Part shown: piece after piece, positions 41,420 through 55,278 of the stretch | How the letters are laid out: every line of letters begins with the position of its first letter | Numbering within the stretch: position 1 is the stretch's first letter | Assembly (NCBI GenBank): GCA_964016885.1 | Contig: OZ024742.1 | Location: 220,968,001-221,032,000 of the forward strand | Reading direction: 5' to 3' | Source: Eledone cirrhosa | Taxonomy: Eukaryota | DNA: 64,000 bases | Translations under genes and position numbers: made by a program | The notes under the pieces: model-generated | The model's input: the letters and a program-made list of their open reading frames with translations, nothing else | Told to the model about the DNA's origin: nothing | Databases searched by the model: none

Positions 41420-44320
41420 ACTATTAGCAAAGTCAAGGTAAACAACATCCACCCATGAGCCGCTATCAGTGATCCGGGTGATGTCTTCAAGAAACTCGAT
41501 AAGTTGATCACAGCAGCTGGAGTTAGGGATAAATCCAAATTGCGAGGGCCGGATAAGACTGTGAAAGTTCCAGAAGTTCCAAAGTGTTTCTCTGACACAG
41601 GATTCCATCAGTTTGGCAATGCAGCTAGAAAGACTGACTCGACGATAGTTCACAGTTGATGTGCGTTCACCCTTTTTGAACAGAGGAATGACACTGGCAG
41701 TTTTCCACTGTTCTAGAGTAGCACCATTGTTCAGACAGAATTGGAAGAAGCTGGTGCAGAAGGAAGTACCCACCATGTTTCATAAGCAGGTACGTAACAC
41801 CATCAAGACCAGGAGAGGCATGGTTGCGTTTATTTTTAAGGTGACGTCGCAGCATTGCAGGTGTAAAGTCCATAGTTGTAATAGAATCCGGTGTCATAGG
41901 TGGTGGAGACGGTACACTCTGGTCTTCAATAGTGAAAATGCCTGCATAGCATTCAGCAATGAGCTCTGCGCATTCCTTGGGGTCGTCAGTAACCTGGCTT
42001 GTGTGGGGATTGCGAAGAGGACCAACTGGAGAGTGAGGCCTCTGCTTTGAGTGAATATACTTCCAGAACACCTTACTGTCAGGGATGGTTGCTATGCACT
42101 GCTCAAATTGAAGGACTGCCTTTTTTTGTCACCTGTTTGAGATCGTTGGATGATTTATTTCGCCTCTTCCTATTGATATCTGATTTATGCAGTGTGTACT
42201 CACGTTCAACATTATGACGTTCTTTTCTGGCAAGACGGACTGCTGCAGTCTCCCAAATTGCATTTATGGGATGTTTTTTCTGCTTACGTGGCACCGATGC
42301 TGCACATGCTGTACATATTGAGCTCAGGATGTTCTGGAGTACAGTTTTGACATCTCCAGAGTCGTAGAACTCAAGCCAGTTTGGACGTTGCAACTCGGTG
42401 CAGTAACAGTTCCAGTCTGCTTTATTCCTGTCAAAGTGAGAAGTTTGGAGATGGTTGTGGTTTTTGTTACTGCCCATGAGGGATAGATTGGCAATGATCA
42501 TAGCATGATCAGAGTCACCTAAAGGTTTCTTAGCAGTAACACTAATAACCGTTTCAGGAGTAGTGGTGAAGAGTAGGTCCAAAGTGTTGTCACTTCTTGT
42601 TGGGGAGGTGACTACTTGGGACCAACTCGAGTGCAGCACTAGCTCAAGGAAGTCAGTTGCACTTGGTGGCCAACGAAAGGTTTCCCAATCAATCTCAGGG
42701 TGATTGAAGTCCCTGCAATAAAAACAGCAACTCTGAGGATATCACAAAGTTGAGTGTTCTGATGGTAATATGGGGGACGGTAAACGACTCCAAGTAGCAG
42801 TGTTGACATGGTCATACGTATAACGGCAGCGAAGATTCGAAACCGAATCTGAGCTTTCCCGCCTCTGGGACAAGCCGTGTTAAGTTGTTTACGCTCAAGA
42901 GACTAACCCCTTGGGAGAGGCTAAACACAGGTCAGAGGTGTTTACGCCTGACAGAAAATAGGTCAGAGGATATAGCCATCTTTCTGACTTGTTTACGCTT
43001 GGCAAACTAATCCCTTGGGAGAATTTAACCGAAGTTCAGAGGATATATCTATCCTTCTAACCTTATAAAAACAGGGGTTGTTTACACCCCGACAGAAAAG
43101 AAGTGATATACAGACAAGACAAGTCGCATTTACAAGCTCTCGTCACGAAAAACCAGTCTGTCACTTATTTCTCACCCGCCGGGCTGGTCACTTACTACTA
43201 CTAAAACAAGCAAATATACTGATACGCACACACGTATTCATAGTAAGTTCACACTGTTTGTATTTTCACACGCACCATTTCTGTTTATTCACGTTGTATC
43301 TTTCAGATACAGTACAAATTATATTATAATCGTATTCTGTGATACTTGTATTTACGTGGCTCGAAGAGCCACCAAATTATTGTACGAATATTTCGTGTCA
43401 TTGATTTTATCATTCAATATTCAAATTGAATATTGTTATAATAAAATAAACTTTGTAACAACACAATCCTGGTATTATTCTTTACATTGAAAACCATCAT
43501 TCCAACAATTCATTCTCTCCACTTATCGTTACAACACAAATATTCCGTTACATACGTATATCGCAGAAAAATACTTCCTGCTGCGATTGGTTCAAATCAA
43601 CACAAGGAATTGCTGACAAATTAACCGAACGTAGACCATTACACCACCACCACCACCACGATTAATGCGGTCTTTACGAAACAAGTTGTAGCCAGTTATG
43701 CTGAAAACCCCATCACAGAGTAAGGAATATGCCCAAGTTTCCGTGACTGTAATGAAGTCAGGGCTGATACTTTTGACGTAGGAGTCAAAAAGATGAATCT
43801 TATTGCATAGACTACGTGCATTCAAGGACAACAATTTGTACCTTGATTCCAGTCTATGATTATGTGCAGGGGATGGCAGGTTGTTCTGATTTAGTTTCCC
43901 AGAGTTTTTTCAGTTTTTTTATTGTCAGTTGTTGTGGGTACAGTGTTTTCAGGTATCTCTTTTCCATGTTTCACCAGCCTTAACAAACTTCCATATCTGC
44001 CCATCATCACGTAGGCTGAAGCTTTCATGTTCTGCTGAGCTGCGGTTTAAGGAAGCAGCAGCACGAAGCTTTCATGTTCTGTCGAGCTGTAGTTTAAGGA
44101 AGCTGCAGCACGCAGCTTTGGGTGGACATCAGGTGGAAGACCAGGGCGTGTTCGGAAAGCAATCCGACTTTCACACCTAGCTTTATCAGAGGCTAAAGGT
44201 ATGAACGTGCCTCAGTTGAGTTCGAAAAAGACAGTCTAATTAGCCTGGGTTTCAGACCTGGTTGGCCAAGGCGTAAAGCTGGTACTAGTAGTCAGGGAAC
44301 AGTCAAATTATTTGTAATAC
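41420..44320 (-). mobile_element. CR1/L2/Jockey-group LINE, degenerate and 3'-truncated, interrupted by a solo LTR
   Basis: LSLNARSL..TVTETW, PTRSDNTLDL..GDSDH endonuclease; FWKYIHSK, SPGLDG, VIPLFKKG..NYRRVSL, QFGF, VYLDFA RT. Confidence 0.88.
42819..43552. mobile_element. solo LTR (734 bp)
   Basis: Termini TATAACGG...CCGTTACA, 4-bp TSD tacg at 42815-42818 and 43553-43556, AATAAA near 43440. Confidence 0.8.
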
Positions 44321-45974
44321 TGAATAGTGTAATCCATTTGAAATGTGTTTAAAGGGCAGTTTTTGGTGAAAATATTATATTTTGTTTGGTCAAGACGTGG
44401 TCAAACGTCCTTCCTTGTTGCCATTTTGAAATAGTTATATATATATACACATACTGTGTGTATCTTGGTTTTTATAGAATAGACGCTAGGATGCTGTGTG
44501 TATAGCGTCTATACATGCTGTGTATCCTGGTTTTTATAGAATAGATACACCATGTTTCTGCATGTCGTAGGAGGTAACTAGAGTTGGCCTCATTAAAAAC
44601 ATTGTAATAAAACACTGCCTCAAAATGCCTCATCTAAACCATGACAGCATGAATAGATTTATTATTAATGATGATGATAATATATATATATATATGGTAC
44701 TTCTACATCTTTCTCATTCGATATGCTGCAAATATCAACTAAATCCCCCTCAAATTACACCCTACTATCTTGTAAAAGCAGGGACACATTGGATAATGTA
44801 GTACTAGGTGTGCAATAATCAAGTGAAGGATGTGATAGTCATTGCTGAAACACTTTTTGTCATGTCTGCTTAGTCAGGGCTGACTGATAGATGGGGTGGG
44901 GGTTAAATAACAACGTGACCACTTTGATGAGGACTGATTTTTCTCCTTATTGCCACATCCCACTATGTTATGAAATCACAACTATTCTCTTTTAGTTAGG
45001 TTTCTTGAAAAATACTGTCTTAGTAAATCCTCCTGATAGGGAATATTCTTTTACTGGAAGGCTTTAAGGAAGTCGAAATGTTTAAATGTTGCTTTCTTCC
45101 TTTCTTTACTATATTTCAAATACCTATTATTTTCAAATAAATTTGAAAATAATCAAGAATTTAGAGGGATTTAATAATACTACTAATTTTTTCATTATTA
45201 AGCTGTGTTTAGAAGAAAACTTACATAAAATTATAATGGAAGGTTATTAAATAAATATAAACACTTTAAAATAAATTGTTTTGTATCATAAAATCAGAGG
45301 TAGTTTTGGAGCAGTATAGTATCAAAGAGGTAGCTGATGATTGAAACCTTACACTGAAGAGATATTTATGCATATTGTATCCCAAGAATACTAAAATAGT
45401 ATATAAAGATGTTATATAAAAGCATAGAAGCAAGAATTGAAAGTTTTCAATATTAAACAAAGCAGTTATAATAATTAAAAAAAGCAATAAAAAAGGGGGT
45501 ATGAAAGAAATTTATTTTATTTGAAAAACCAGTATAAATGTTGAGTAATTAATACTCCATTAGTAATTAATAATAGTTTAAGAACAAATCAGTTATTAAA
45601 ATTTATTTGAGAGCTGAAAGGTTAGGTTTTGGATTAAATAAACTCAGATTACACAGTGTAAGAAAAAAAATTGTTTTCTCTGTTCCTGGCTTGTAATCAC
45701 TTTTTTGTGTTGCTTCGGTCCCAAATAAATTTTTAAAAAAGTGCTATTAAAACGTTAAAAGTTGGGGTTTGTAAAAATTCTAAGCTATTCACTAGAATTA
45801 TTTGTATGCTGGATTTTACTTTGTATGTAAGTTTAACTTGCTTATGTTAAATGATTTTTTTATATGTTTCAGGTTAAATTAAAATTATAAAATAAAGAGT
45901 AATACCTAAAGAAAATTATAAAAGTAATAAAGTATAAAATTGTTAAAAAGTGGATTAAAGAGATTTATTGATAC

Positions 45975-46870
45975 TGGGGTACCAGAAAAAGTTCCTCACT
46001 TCCCAAACCAAAAAGAAGTCAATGACTTGGTCAGGGATATGGGTCTGACCAAGTCCAATGCAGAGCTATTCGTCTCCAGGATGAAGCAGTGGAACTTGGT
46101 CAAGGAGGAAGTGCAGGTGACAAGTTAGAGAAGTCAACACAAACCTTTCTCAGGCTTTTACACTCTTAGGGATGGCCTTTGCTTCTGCCATGACGTGCCT
46201 GGACTGTTTGACGTTATTGGGGTGCCGTTTGTGCCCAAGGAGTGGCGGCTATTTATAGACAGCTCCACCACAAGTTTGAAGGCTGTCCTCCTCCACAATG
46301 GAAACAAGTTTCCGACACTGCCCCTAGCTCATTCAGTCTGCCTGAAGGAAGATTACTACAGTGTGAAAGTCCTCTTGGAAGCTCTGCAATACAATTGGGA
46401 AATCATTGGAGACTTCAAGATGGTGGCTTTCCTGCTTGGACTCCAAGGAGGCTTTATCAAATTCCAATGCTTCCTCTGCCTTTGGGACAGCAGAGCCACC
46501 TCTGACCACTACAAAAGAAAGAACTGGGAGTAGCGAACAGAATTTGTAGTTGGGACCCGGAATGTCATGTGGGAGCCACTGGTTGATCCCAGGGTTGTGC
46601 TCATGCCGCCACTGCACATTAAGTTGGGGTTGATGAAGCAGTTTGTGAAAGCTCTCAACCAATAATCAGCTGTTTTTAAGTACCTGCTTGAGTTCTTCCC
46701 CATGTTATCTGAGGCCAAAATCAAAGGAGGAATTTTTGTTGGACCTCAGATAAAGAAGGTGTTTGAGTCTACCGAGTTCTCCAATAAGCCCAATAGGATT
46801 GAGAGAACAGCATGGAACTGTTTCAAGGCAGTTGTTAAGGGCTTCCTGGGCAACTACAGAGCTGAAAACA
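45975..46870 (+). pseudogene. Chapaev3-like (CMC) DNA transposase relic
   Basis: WRLFIDSS..SLKAVLLHNGN, GDFKMVAFLLGLQGG..CFLCLWDSR, PPLHIKLGLMKQFVKAL, LSEAKIKGGIFVGPQI; in-frame stops. Confidence 0.8.
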
Positions 46871-47264
46871 GTTGGAGGAGGAAGGGAGGAATCTGGGTGA
46901 TGGATGTTTGTTATTTGTGTGGGTGTTGTTCTGAGGGGCTGTATGGGAGGTCAGCAGTCCCACTTCAGAATGACTTGGTCTATGTGGACCTATCCCTCCT
47001 TTGCTGGCAAGGAAAGCAGACATTAAACAATGACTATAATGATGATGATTCAAATGACTGCTAATTCACCACCCTAGTGGCTATAAATAAATAACTTAAA
47101 AATTACATTTTTTTAAAATAATTTTTTGTATGATGCCCTCATTAACTTTAAACATACTAGAGAATTTAGCGATTGGGAGGAGAGTCAAGTTAATTAGGTT
47201 AATATGTTACACGTATCCACTAAACTTATATAGAATATGAATTTTAAAAAAATTATAAACCAAG

Positions 47265-47470
47265 GTGCAGGTGTGGTTGTGTGATTAAGTATTTCATTTC
47301 ACAACCACGTGGTTTGGGGTTCAGTACCAATGTGTGGGACCTTGGACAAGTGTCTGCTTCTGTAGCCTTGGGTCGACCAATGCTTTGTGAAGTAAATTTG
47401 GTAGGCAGAAATCGTGTCGAAGCCCATCATATATGTGTGAGTGTGTGTGTTTGTTTATGTCCTGTAGTTT
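47265..47470 (+). mobile_element. tRNA-derived SINE (related copy at about 47720-48200 is split by the hAT MITE)
   Basis: gtgtggttgtgtgattaag A-box-like, ggttcagtacc B-box-like, ccttggacaagtgtct core. Confidence 0.6.
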
Positions 47471-47819
47471 AGCAGTTTGACAAAAACGATGTATTTTTAG
47501 TCTCATGTGTTAATCCTGTACCCACGTCTTGCTCCTGTTTCAACCATTTCACTGACCTACTCTCTCAATGTGTTAGGCAAAAGTAGATAAGAAAAATCAA
47601 AGTATGAGGCTGATTTTTTATGAATTGCTTTCCTTGATACTGTATTATGTATTAAGGGGAGATTACTCTGTCAGCACATTCAGTTGCCTGCAGTGCCAAG
47701 AAGACTAAAGTTAACATGGGTGCAAGTTACATGTTTGTTTTGCAACCAAATGGTTTCAGATTTAGTCCCATGACATGGTACTTTGGGCAATTATCTTCTA
47801 CTATAGCTTTGGGTTAACT

Positions 47820-48109
47820 CAGAGTTTCTCAAACTTTTTGGGCCACTGCCCCCCTCAGCGCCCCACCAACTCTATCTCCAAAGAAATCCGCCTACACAGA
47901 AATTCTAAATAATATATAATAAATAAAATCGTTAATTTATATATTAATAACTAATATAATATATACTGCGTATAAATAAATATTATATATTTTTTATTTT
48001 ACTATATTTATATATATGTATCATTTGATATTTACTATACTATTATATCATCTCTACTGCCCCCCATCACCCCTGGACCGTCTCAATGTGCCCACTTTGA
48101 GAACCTCTG
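47820..48109. mobile_element. hAT (Charlie-like) MITE
   Basis: TIRs CAGAGTTTCTCAAA / TTTGAGAACCTCTG; 8-bp TSD ggttaact / ggttatct. Confidence 0.8.
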
Positions 48110-48605
48110 GGTTATCTAATGTCTCAGGAGGGAGATTAGGTAAACAGAAACTGCAGAAGGCTTATCATATGTGTGTATTTATATTTTCTGTTTTACTATG
48201 TTTTTGTATCCCATAGATTATCAGTTCAACAAATAGAGATTGATAAAATAAGTCCCAGTCTTTAAAAAAATACTGTGGTTGATATAATCACCTAAAAACC
48301 TTGAAGGCAGCGGTAATAAAAACTTAAAAGAATAATTTACATCAAATTCTCTTTTTGGTTTCAAAAACATTCTTGAATATTTGTTTAAACACTTATCAAG
48401 CGCCCTTATTTTCTGATTTCAGTTTTCTTTAGATTTCTGCTGCATACCATATGAGAGAGACAAAATATGAACACAAAAGGAATTATAGTATTAGAAGCTT
48501 AGTAAATGTCAGGGGTGGTGGAAGCATTTCTGAATGAGGAGGGGGGAAATTTGGTCAATTTAGTTGTAGTAATTAGTTTAGCTGTTATTATTAAATATCA
48601 ACCAA

Positions 48606-48790
48606 GGGTGGTGGATTGGCAGTATCGGTAGCGGATCGGACGCCATGCTTTCCAGCATAGTTACGTCCCTTTACGATCTAAGTTCAAATCCCGCCGAGGT
48701 TGACTTTACCTTTCATCCTTATGGGGTCGATAAAATAAAGTACCAGTAATGCACTGGGTAATTGCTGGCCTTGTGCCTAAAGTAGAAACA
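48606..48790 (+). mobile_element. tRNA-derived SINE (Nin/Deu-like central domain); copies on minus at 55550-55726 and 63020-63210
   Basis: tggcagtatcggtag A box, gttcaaatccc B box, ctttcatcct..ggggtcgataaaataaagtacc core in three copies. Confidence 0.75.
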
Positions 48791-48988
48791 ATTATTAAAT
48801 ATCAACCAAGATATGAAAAAACTTTGATATGTGATAAACATAACATGTATATATACTGTAGCACATATACAAATAGATGTGTGTTTTGGTAGTTTGTGGA
48901 GAAAAATGTAATTATTGAGGGGGGACATGCCCCCTTCCCCAAATAAATACAGTCCCACTGCCCCTGTATGTGTGCCTGTGCATATATA

Positions 48989-49467
48989 CAGGGCTAGAAA
49001 AGCAGAAAATTTGTCAAACTGATTTATTTTTACAAAGACTGATGTTACAAAGCACTTCATGACAGTGTCTTAACCTGGAAATCCAATCTCGGGTGGCGTT
49101 TTGAAGGGTAACTTGTGGGATATCATTCCAAGCTCTTGCCAAGCACGTTTTCAAATAATCAATGATGTCTAGTGCAACAACATTATCAAACTTGAAAAAA
49201 AATTCTGTAACACGGTTAAACATTTTGTCAATCCCCAAGTCAGATTTTCAGTTTTGAACATGACAATCACCTGCCTTTGAAAGTTGTTTCCTCCTGCTGC
49301 TTCCGTCCATGATGTGAGTACCAAAATCGAAATGTAATGAAATCAATGCTTCTTGTGATTGCACACCCATTCGACAACAAAACAACCAATCAAAAGCCAT
49401 CAATCACGGATTTTATTGATGATCTAATCTGACCTTCAAATTTTCCGCTTTTCCAGCGACCACCCTG
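48989..49467 (-). mobile_element. internally deleted Tc1/mariner element
   Basis: TA|CAGGG ... CCCTG|TA ends; LKTCLARAWNDIPQVTLQNATRDWISRLRHC resembles a Tc1/mariner C-terminus. Confidence 0.65.
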
Positions 49468-49684
49468 TATATATCGACAGTCGATCAATTTTCGTCAAAT
49501 TGGACCAAGGATATAGTGGCCGAGCTTTTAGAGAATTGGATTCGCAATCGTGAGATTGTGAGTTTGATTCCTGGACCAGGTGATGCGTTATGTCCTTGAG
49601 CAAGACACTTTATTTCACGTTGTTGGAAACATATATATATAATCAAATATACAGGTGGAAAAATTAGCTTTTAAATCATTTTAA

Positions 49685-49815
49685 ATTCCTTACACATGTT
49701 TCAAAAGCATTGTACATCTAATTATTTGAATAATGTGAGATGAAAATTCATATAATCAATATCCATAATTATAATATATAGGTATATTTTTGCACTTTTC
49801 CATTTTCAGAGGAAT
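49685..49815 (-). ncRNA. degenerate hammerhead ribozyme relic
   Basis: AUUCCU-CUGAAAA(G8A)...GCUUUU-GAAAC-AUGU-GUA-AGGAAU. Confidence 0.45.
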
Positions 49816-50471
49816 AAAAAAAAGACATATTAGATTGAAGCAGAATGTATCCGAAACAGAATTCCTACCTTACACAGGATAAGGGACCATTCAAGTCGAT
49901 CCATTGGCATGGCGAGTATGTAATATATGAAAACTAATGTGTTTTTTTGCTTATAGATCACTCTCGTGTTAAAAAGCAAAAAAAAATTATTAAAAACAAA
50001 AAAAAAACATTACTAATAGATTCAAACTTATAATTAAAGGGAAATAATTCTTCAAATTATATATCTTTTTTAGAATTATATTTAAAAAATTAAAAATAAA
50101 TAGCATTTATCCGCTTATAAATACAGGTATATATAGAGATACATTTACATACACACAGATATACATATATTTAAATAGTCTCACTGACACATCCGCATAT
50201 ATATATATATACACACACACATATATGTACATATATCTATATATATATCTATCTATCTATCTATCTATCTATATTTCTCTCTATATATATATATTTATAT
50301 ATACACGCACACACACACGCATATACCTATATACATACAGTTGCATATATATACACACACACATACATACACATATACTTCACATATATCTAGAAATGTA
50401 TTTTCTCTTCAGACCAATATAATATATAAACACATTGGGCTGATTCTGAAAGGAAGTGGCAATTATATACT

Positions 50472-51410
50472 ATCATCATCATCATCATCAACGTTTAACG
50501 TCCGTGTTCCACGCTTGCATGGGTTTGGACGGGGGTTTTCCCACTTGAGGCAAGAGTGTTTGTCTTGCTCGCATAGGACTATCTGGCGGGTTTTCTACAG
50601 CTGGATGCCCTTCCTAACACCAACCACATTTACAGTGTGGGACTGGGAGGTTTTTACCGTGTTGCCTACACGGTCACATTACAGCGTGAACTGTGTCTAC
50701 ACGATCTCATTTGTTTCGGCCTGGATGTTGTGGCACCAACATAACTTTACATTGAAAGGGGCGGTGTGGATGGGGTGGGGGTGGGGGGACGGGGGTGTAT
50801 TTTGTTAGAGATGCCTACTGGCTGTAGTAGGTTTTACTTTGTATTTAGGTAAGGCGGGTCTTCTCTGTTACTGAGTACCGCCAAAGGTCTCGGTCCAGTG
50901 ACATTGTCTTGGAGAGGTGTAAGTGTGTTAGGTCAGAATTTATCAGTTCGTCCCAGGTTTTTCTGGGTCTGCCTACTCCGTAGCTACCGTCTATCTTTAT
51001 TGCCCTGCACTTTGTTATACAGCTGTCGTCTTTCATGCGCATCACGTGACCATACCAACGTAGCCTTCTCTCGAGTAAACAACATCTGATCCCTCTTATT
51101 TCTAATGTTTTCCTTAGTTCGCTTATGCTTTGCCGTTCACGTATGTTACTATTACACATCCAGCGGAGCATGCAAGCTTCGTTCCTCTCTAGTCTGCGTA
51201 TATCCTCTGCACACAATGCCCAGGTCTCACTGCCATGCAACATTGCTGTTCGTATTCAGGCATCATACAACCTGCCTTTCATTCTTAGGGAGAACCCTTT
51301 AGCGGTTAATAGTGGTATAAGCTCTCTGAACTTTTTCCAACCAGTTCTGACTCTAGCTACTGTACTTTCAGAGCACCCTCCCCCACTGCTGATTTTGTCG
51401 CCCAGGTATC
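50472..51410 (-). mobile_element. RTE-type LINE 3' fragment with (GAT)n tail
   Basis: MLHGSETWAL..MLRWMC..RRLRWYGHVMR..GRPRKTW (50845-51243); tail reverse complement (tca)n at 50472-50490. Confidence 0.88.
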
Positions 51411-51519
51411 ATATATAATAATCTACATACTTTTGAGTTTTGTATATTTAATTTTACCTTTGCTATATATAAATTCGAGTTAATTTTGTTTATATATATA
51501 TATATTCTCGCATTTAAAT

Positions 51520-54500
51520 ATTCCATGACTCTCTACCACTTGTCCTCTACTACAATCTTCTTACACCACCATCTTCTTCTCACCCGTCTATTTTTCACTC
51601 CCATCCTAGTACCTTCAATATGCCCAATCTCAAATCTTTTCTCTGTCAGCTCCATTCTACTCTCAAGCGCTTCCTCCAACCTCCCCCCCCCCTATATACA
51701 TCCAATCCTCCCTGCATCTCTCCAACCTCATCTTCACCAAAACATGATACAACAGTCACATCACATTTTTAAGTCGCTGTCTCCACCACCACCTCATTCA
51801 CCGCAGTTTCCACCTCAAGTTTCACTCCACCTCTTACTCTGCTCCTACCACTGATCCCATCCTGACCTGCTCCTCTCACCAGCTCATGCGGGCAACCATT
51901 CGATCAACTCTCGCCCAAATCCATTGTCTTGACTGAGATCTCCCCAAGGCCTACCTCCATCTCTTCTCCACTTGCCACACTTTCCTTGCCCAATCCCTTA
52001 GCCATTTCATTCTTTACCTCAATCGCCACCTTTACAATTTCCTCATTTCCATAAAAAACCACGAACTCGACTCTCTTCACTCCCTGCCTACCGTCACCAC
52101 CCATACTCATATCACCTCCAACCCTAACCTCTCTATCCCATCACCTACCACCCCTTTTCCTCTCCCCACCACTGAATCTGCACACTCTTTGCCCAACCAC
52201 CTTAACCCCTTCACCTCCGCCTTTTTCACTCCCTCACGTCCCTGCACTGTAGTCACCATACTCCAGGACCTACCACTCTCCGAAGATGACCTCTCCCTCC
52301 TTGCCCGTGGTTTGCATTTTATACCAACCACATGGACCTGCGGCAAGTTCCGCACACATGCCGATATTGAAGGGTTCTTCCGTCGTTTAAAGCTGAAAGC
52401 TTTTTTTCACGACACGCCATCATCAACACAGACGGATGACTTCACTCGTCTCAGTCACCGGCAATCACATTGGACGCCGATCTCTGGCCAGTTCAACACC
52501 CTCGACTCCTTTGTCGATACTTGCCGGCGTACTGTGAATCAGTTCCGTTTCCACCAGTATTCTCGTCGCTCTAACATCACGCGAACTGATCTCTCCGCTC
52601 TTCGCAACCTTCGGTGTCGTGATGACATTGTCATCAAACCCGCTGACAAAGGTGGCGCTGTGATGGTTTGGAGCGCTAACCTCTATAGGGCTGAGGCTCT
52701 CCACCAGCTTCACAATACCCTTTTTTACCACCCTTTATCCTCCGCCTCCACTCCTGGCTACCAACAACTCATGTCTTCCACCATCCACGAGCTCATCTCC
52801 TCCTCTCTCCTACCCCCCACAGCCACCAACCTTGTTGTACGCACCCCTCTCACACCCACCATCTACTTCCTCCCCAAAATACACAAACAAAATAATCCCA
52901 GCCGTCCTATCGTTTCTGCGTGCAACTACCTCACCGAGATAATTTCTGAATATTTAGACACCATGCTCGCCCCGTTGGTCGGCAATCTCCCCTCCCACAT
53001 CCACAATACAAATCATGCCCTTAAACTCTTCAACTCCTTCTTCTTCCCTCCTGGTCCCTCCCGCCTTCTCTTTACCCTGGACATCACCTCTCATCTATAC
53101 CGCCATCCCTCATGATGACGGCCTCCACCCTCTCCAACATTTTTTTAGACTTACGCCCTACCCCTCACCCCAGAACTACCACTCTTCTCCGTCTGGCTGA
53201 GCTTGTTCTCACCGTCAATGGCTTTTCTTTTTCGGTTGAATTTTATCAACAGGTCTCTGGGGTAGCGATGGGAACCAGAATGGGTCCAAACTATGCCAAC
53301 TTGTTTGTTAGCTACGTTGAAGCCCAGATCTTCTCCCAGTCCGCTGGACCAACTCCTGAGCTATATGGTCGTTATACTGACGACTGTATTGGCGCCACCT
53401 CTCAATAATCTCAAGAACAGCTCGACTGTTTTCTTTCTTTTGTCCAATCTTTCCATCCTGCTCTCAATTTCACCGCCTCCATCTCCGATTCTTCTGTCGC
53501 TTTTCTAGATATCTCTCTATCTATTAATCACTCACCACACCCTCTCTACTTCCATCTTCATTAAACCAACAGACTTCAACTTCACCTCCTCCCATCCAAC
53601 CCACACCAAACACTCCATACCCTATTCCCAATTCCTCTGCCTTCGTTGGCTCTGTAGCCAGGACGATCATTTCAAAATCCATTTCCTTCACATGGCTTCC
53701 TGCTTCATCCAGCGTGGATATCCCTCCACCCTGATCCAAGCTGCACCACAGCCCTCTCACCTCACCCTCGCCCTCCTAACTCCCACGTTCCTTTCCCTCT
53801 CACCTACCACCCCATCACCCTACCACTCCGGCAACATATCCTCGGTTTCTTCCGCATCCTCTCTTCTGACCCCGTCACTTCTCGCTTTTTTCCAAATCCA
53901 CCCATTACTGCTTTTAAGCGCGCTTGCAACCTCCGCGACCTCCTGGTCCGCAGTTCCTTCTCGTCCTTTCCCACGACTCCACCCGGCACTCATCCTTGTT
54001 CCCGTTCCCGCTGCAACACTTGTCCCTTCATTTCCACCCTCACCACTCTTACAGGCCCTAACGGGTCTTTCCGTATCCGCCACTCATTTACCTGCACAGC
54101 CAACCACGTTGTCTATGCCCTCTGGTGTTCCCTTTGCGGGTCTTTATATATCGGACAAACGGGACGCCGTATGGCAGACCGTTTTGCCGAGCATTTGAAG
54201 GACATACGACTCGGTTTGGATACTCCTGTTGTCCATCATTTCTGTTTTCCTGGTCATTCTTTCCTACATGTTTCAGTCCTGAATCACAGGCCTCACGCAC
54301 CAGGATTGAACAAAGTCTGATTCCCTGCCTTGGGTCCTTTCCCCTCTTAGGCTCACCTCCCCAATTTCTCTAATGCCCCGTTCATTATCACACCCCTAGA
54401 TTCCTATCGCTTTCCCTTGATCATTAACATCTTCTCTTCCAACTAATACAGGCAGTCTATATATGCTCATTCCACTTTTCCCTTCACTGCTCTGTATACA

Positions 54501-54990
54501 CACATACACACCCTTATATTAACATACTTTTGCTCATAGCTTCATACTTACATGCACACACACTCTTTTACTCACACATACACACACATTTATTCTTAGC
54601 TTCTTACGGATGTATAATAACACACACACACACACATGCTTACGCACGTGCACAAGTATAGCTCTTTTTACAAAATGTTTTTTTTTCCATTTCAGGTAGA
54701 CGCGCTCCATCATCCACTTTTCTAAAAAATAAATCATACACAAAACGCCAGCACCAACAGTTTTGCAAGAGATGTCAACATGAATGGACCTGTTATTTTT
54801 ATCTAAAGACATTTTTTCTAGTTCCAACCCGCCCGTCCCCTCAATCTATCTTATTTCTCATTCTTTCTTCTGATGAAGGACTAACATCCGAAACGTTAAG
54901 ACCCTCTTCCTGCTATATCAAGCGTTAACCTAATATATACCTTCCATATACTGTACCGATTGTGTTGCTATTTCTGTTTACCTTTTACAT
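51520..54990 (+). mobile_element. Penelope-like element, Neptune-type, frameshifted RT plus GIY-YIG
   Basis: LLARGLHFIPT, IVIKPADKGGAV, YFLPKIHK..RPIVS, GVAMGTRMGPNYANLF, RYTDD; CSRSRCNTC and VVYALWC..YIGQTGRR..RFAEH read by hand at about 53995-54195; hammerhead in 3' region. Confidence 0.9.
54866..54901 (+). ncRNA. minimal type I hammerhead ribozyme motif
   Basis: UCUU-CUGAUGA-a-GGA-CUAACA-UCC-GAAAC-GUU-AAGA; loopless palindromic stem III. Confidence 0.75.
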
Positions 54991-55241
54991 ATATATATAT
55001 ATAATTTTACGTTTGCTTTTCCCTGCTTATAGTAATTATAAATGTGAAGACAAAAATCCGAAGAGGGAAAAGCGGACGTAAAATGATGATGATGAATATA
55101 TATATAAACCCGTAGAGCAAATATTTATTATAAGAAAAGATTAAAGTTTAAGGAAAGAAACGGTGCTTCCACCTGTTAAGGGTGAAAACAGCGATTCTTT
55201 GCTTAAACTTTAATCTCGTCTTACAATATATATATATATAC

Positions 55242-55275
<34 letters not shown>

Positions 55276-55278
55276 AAT

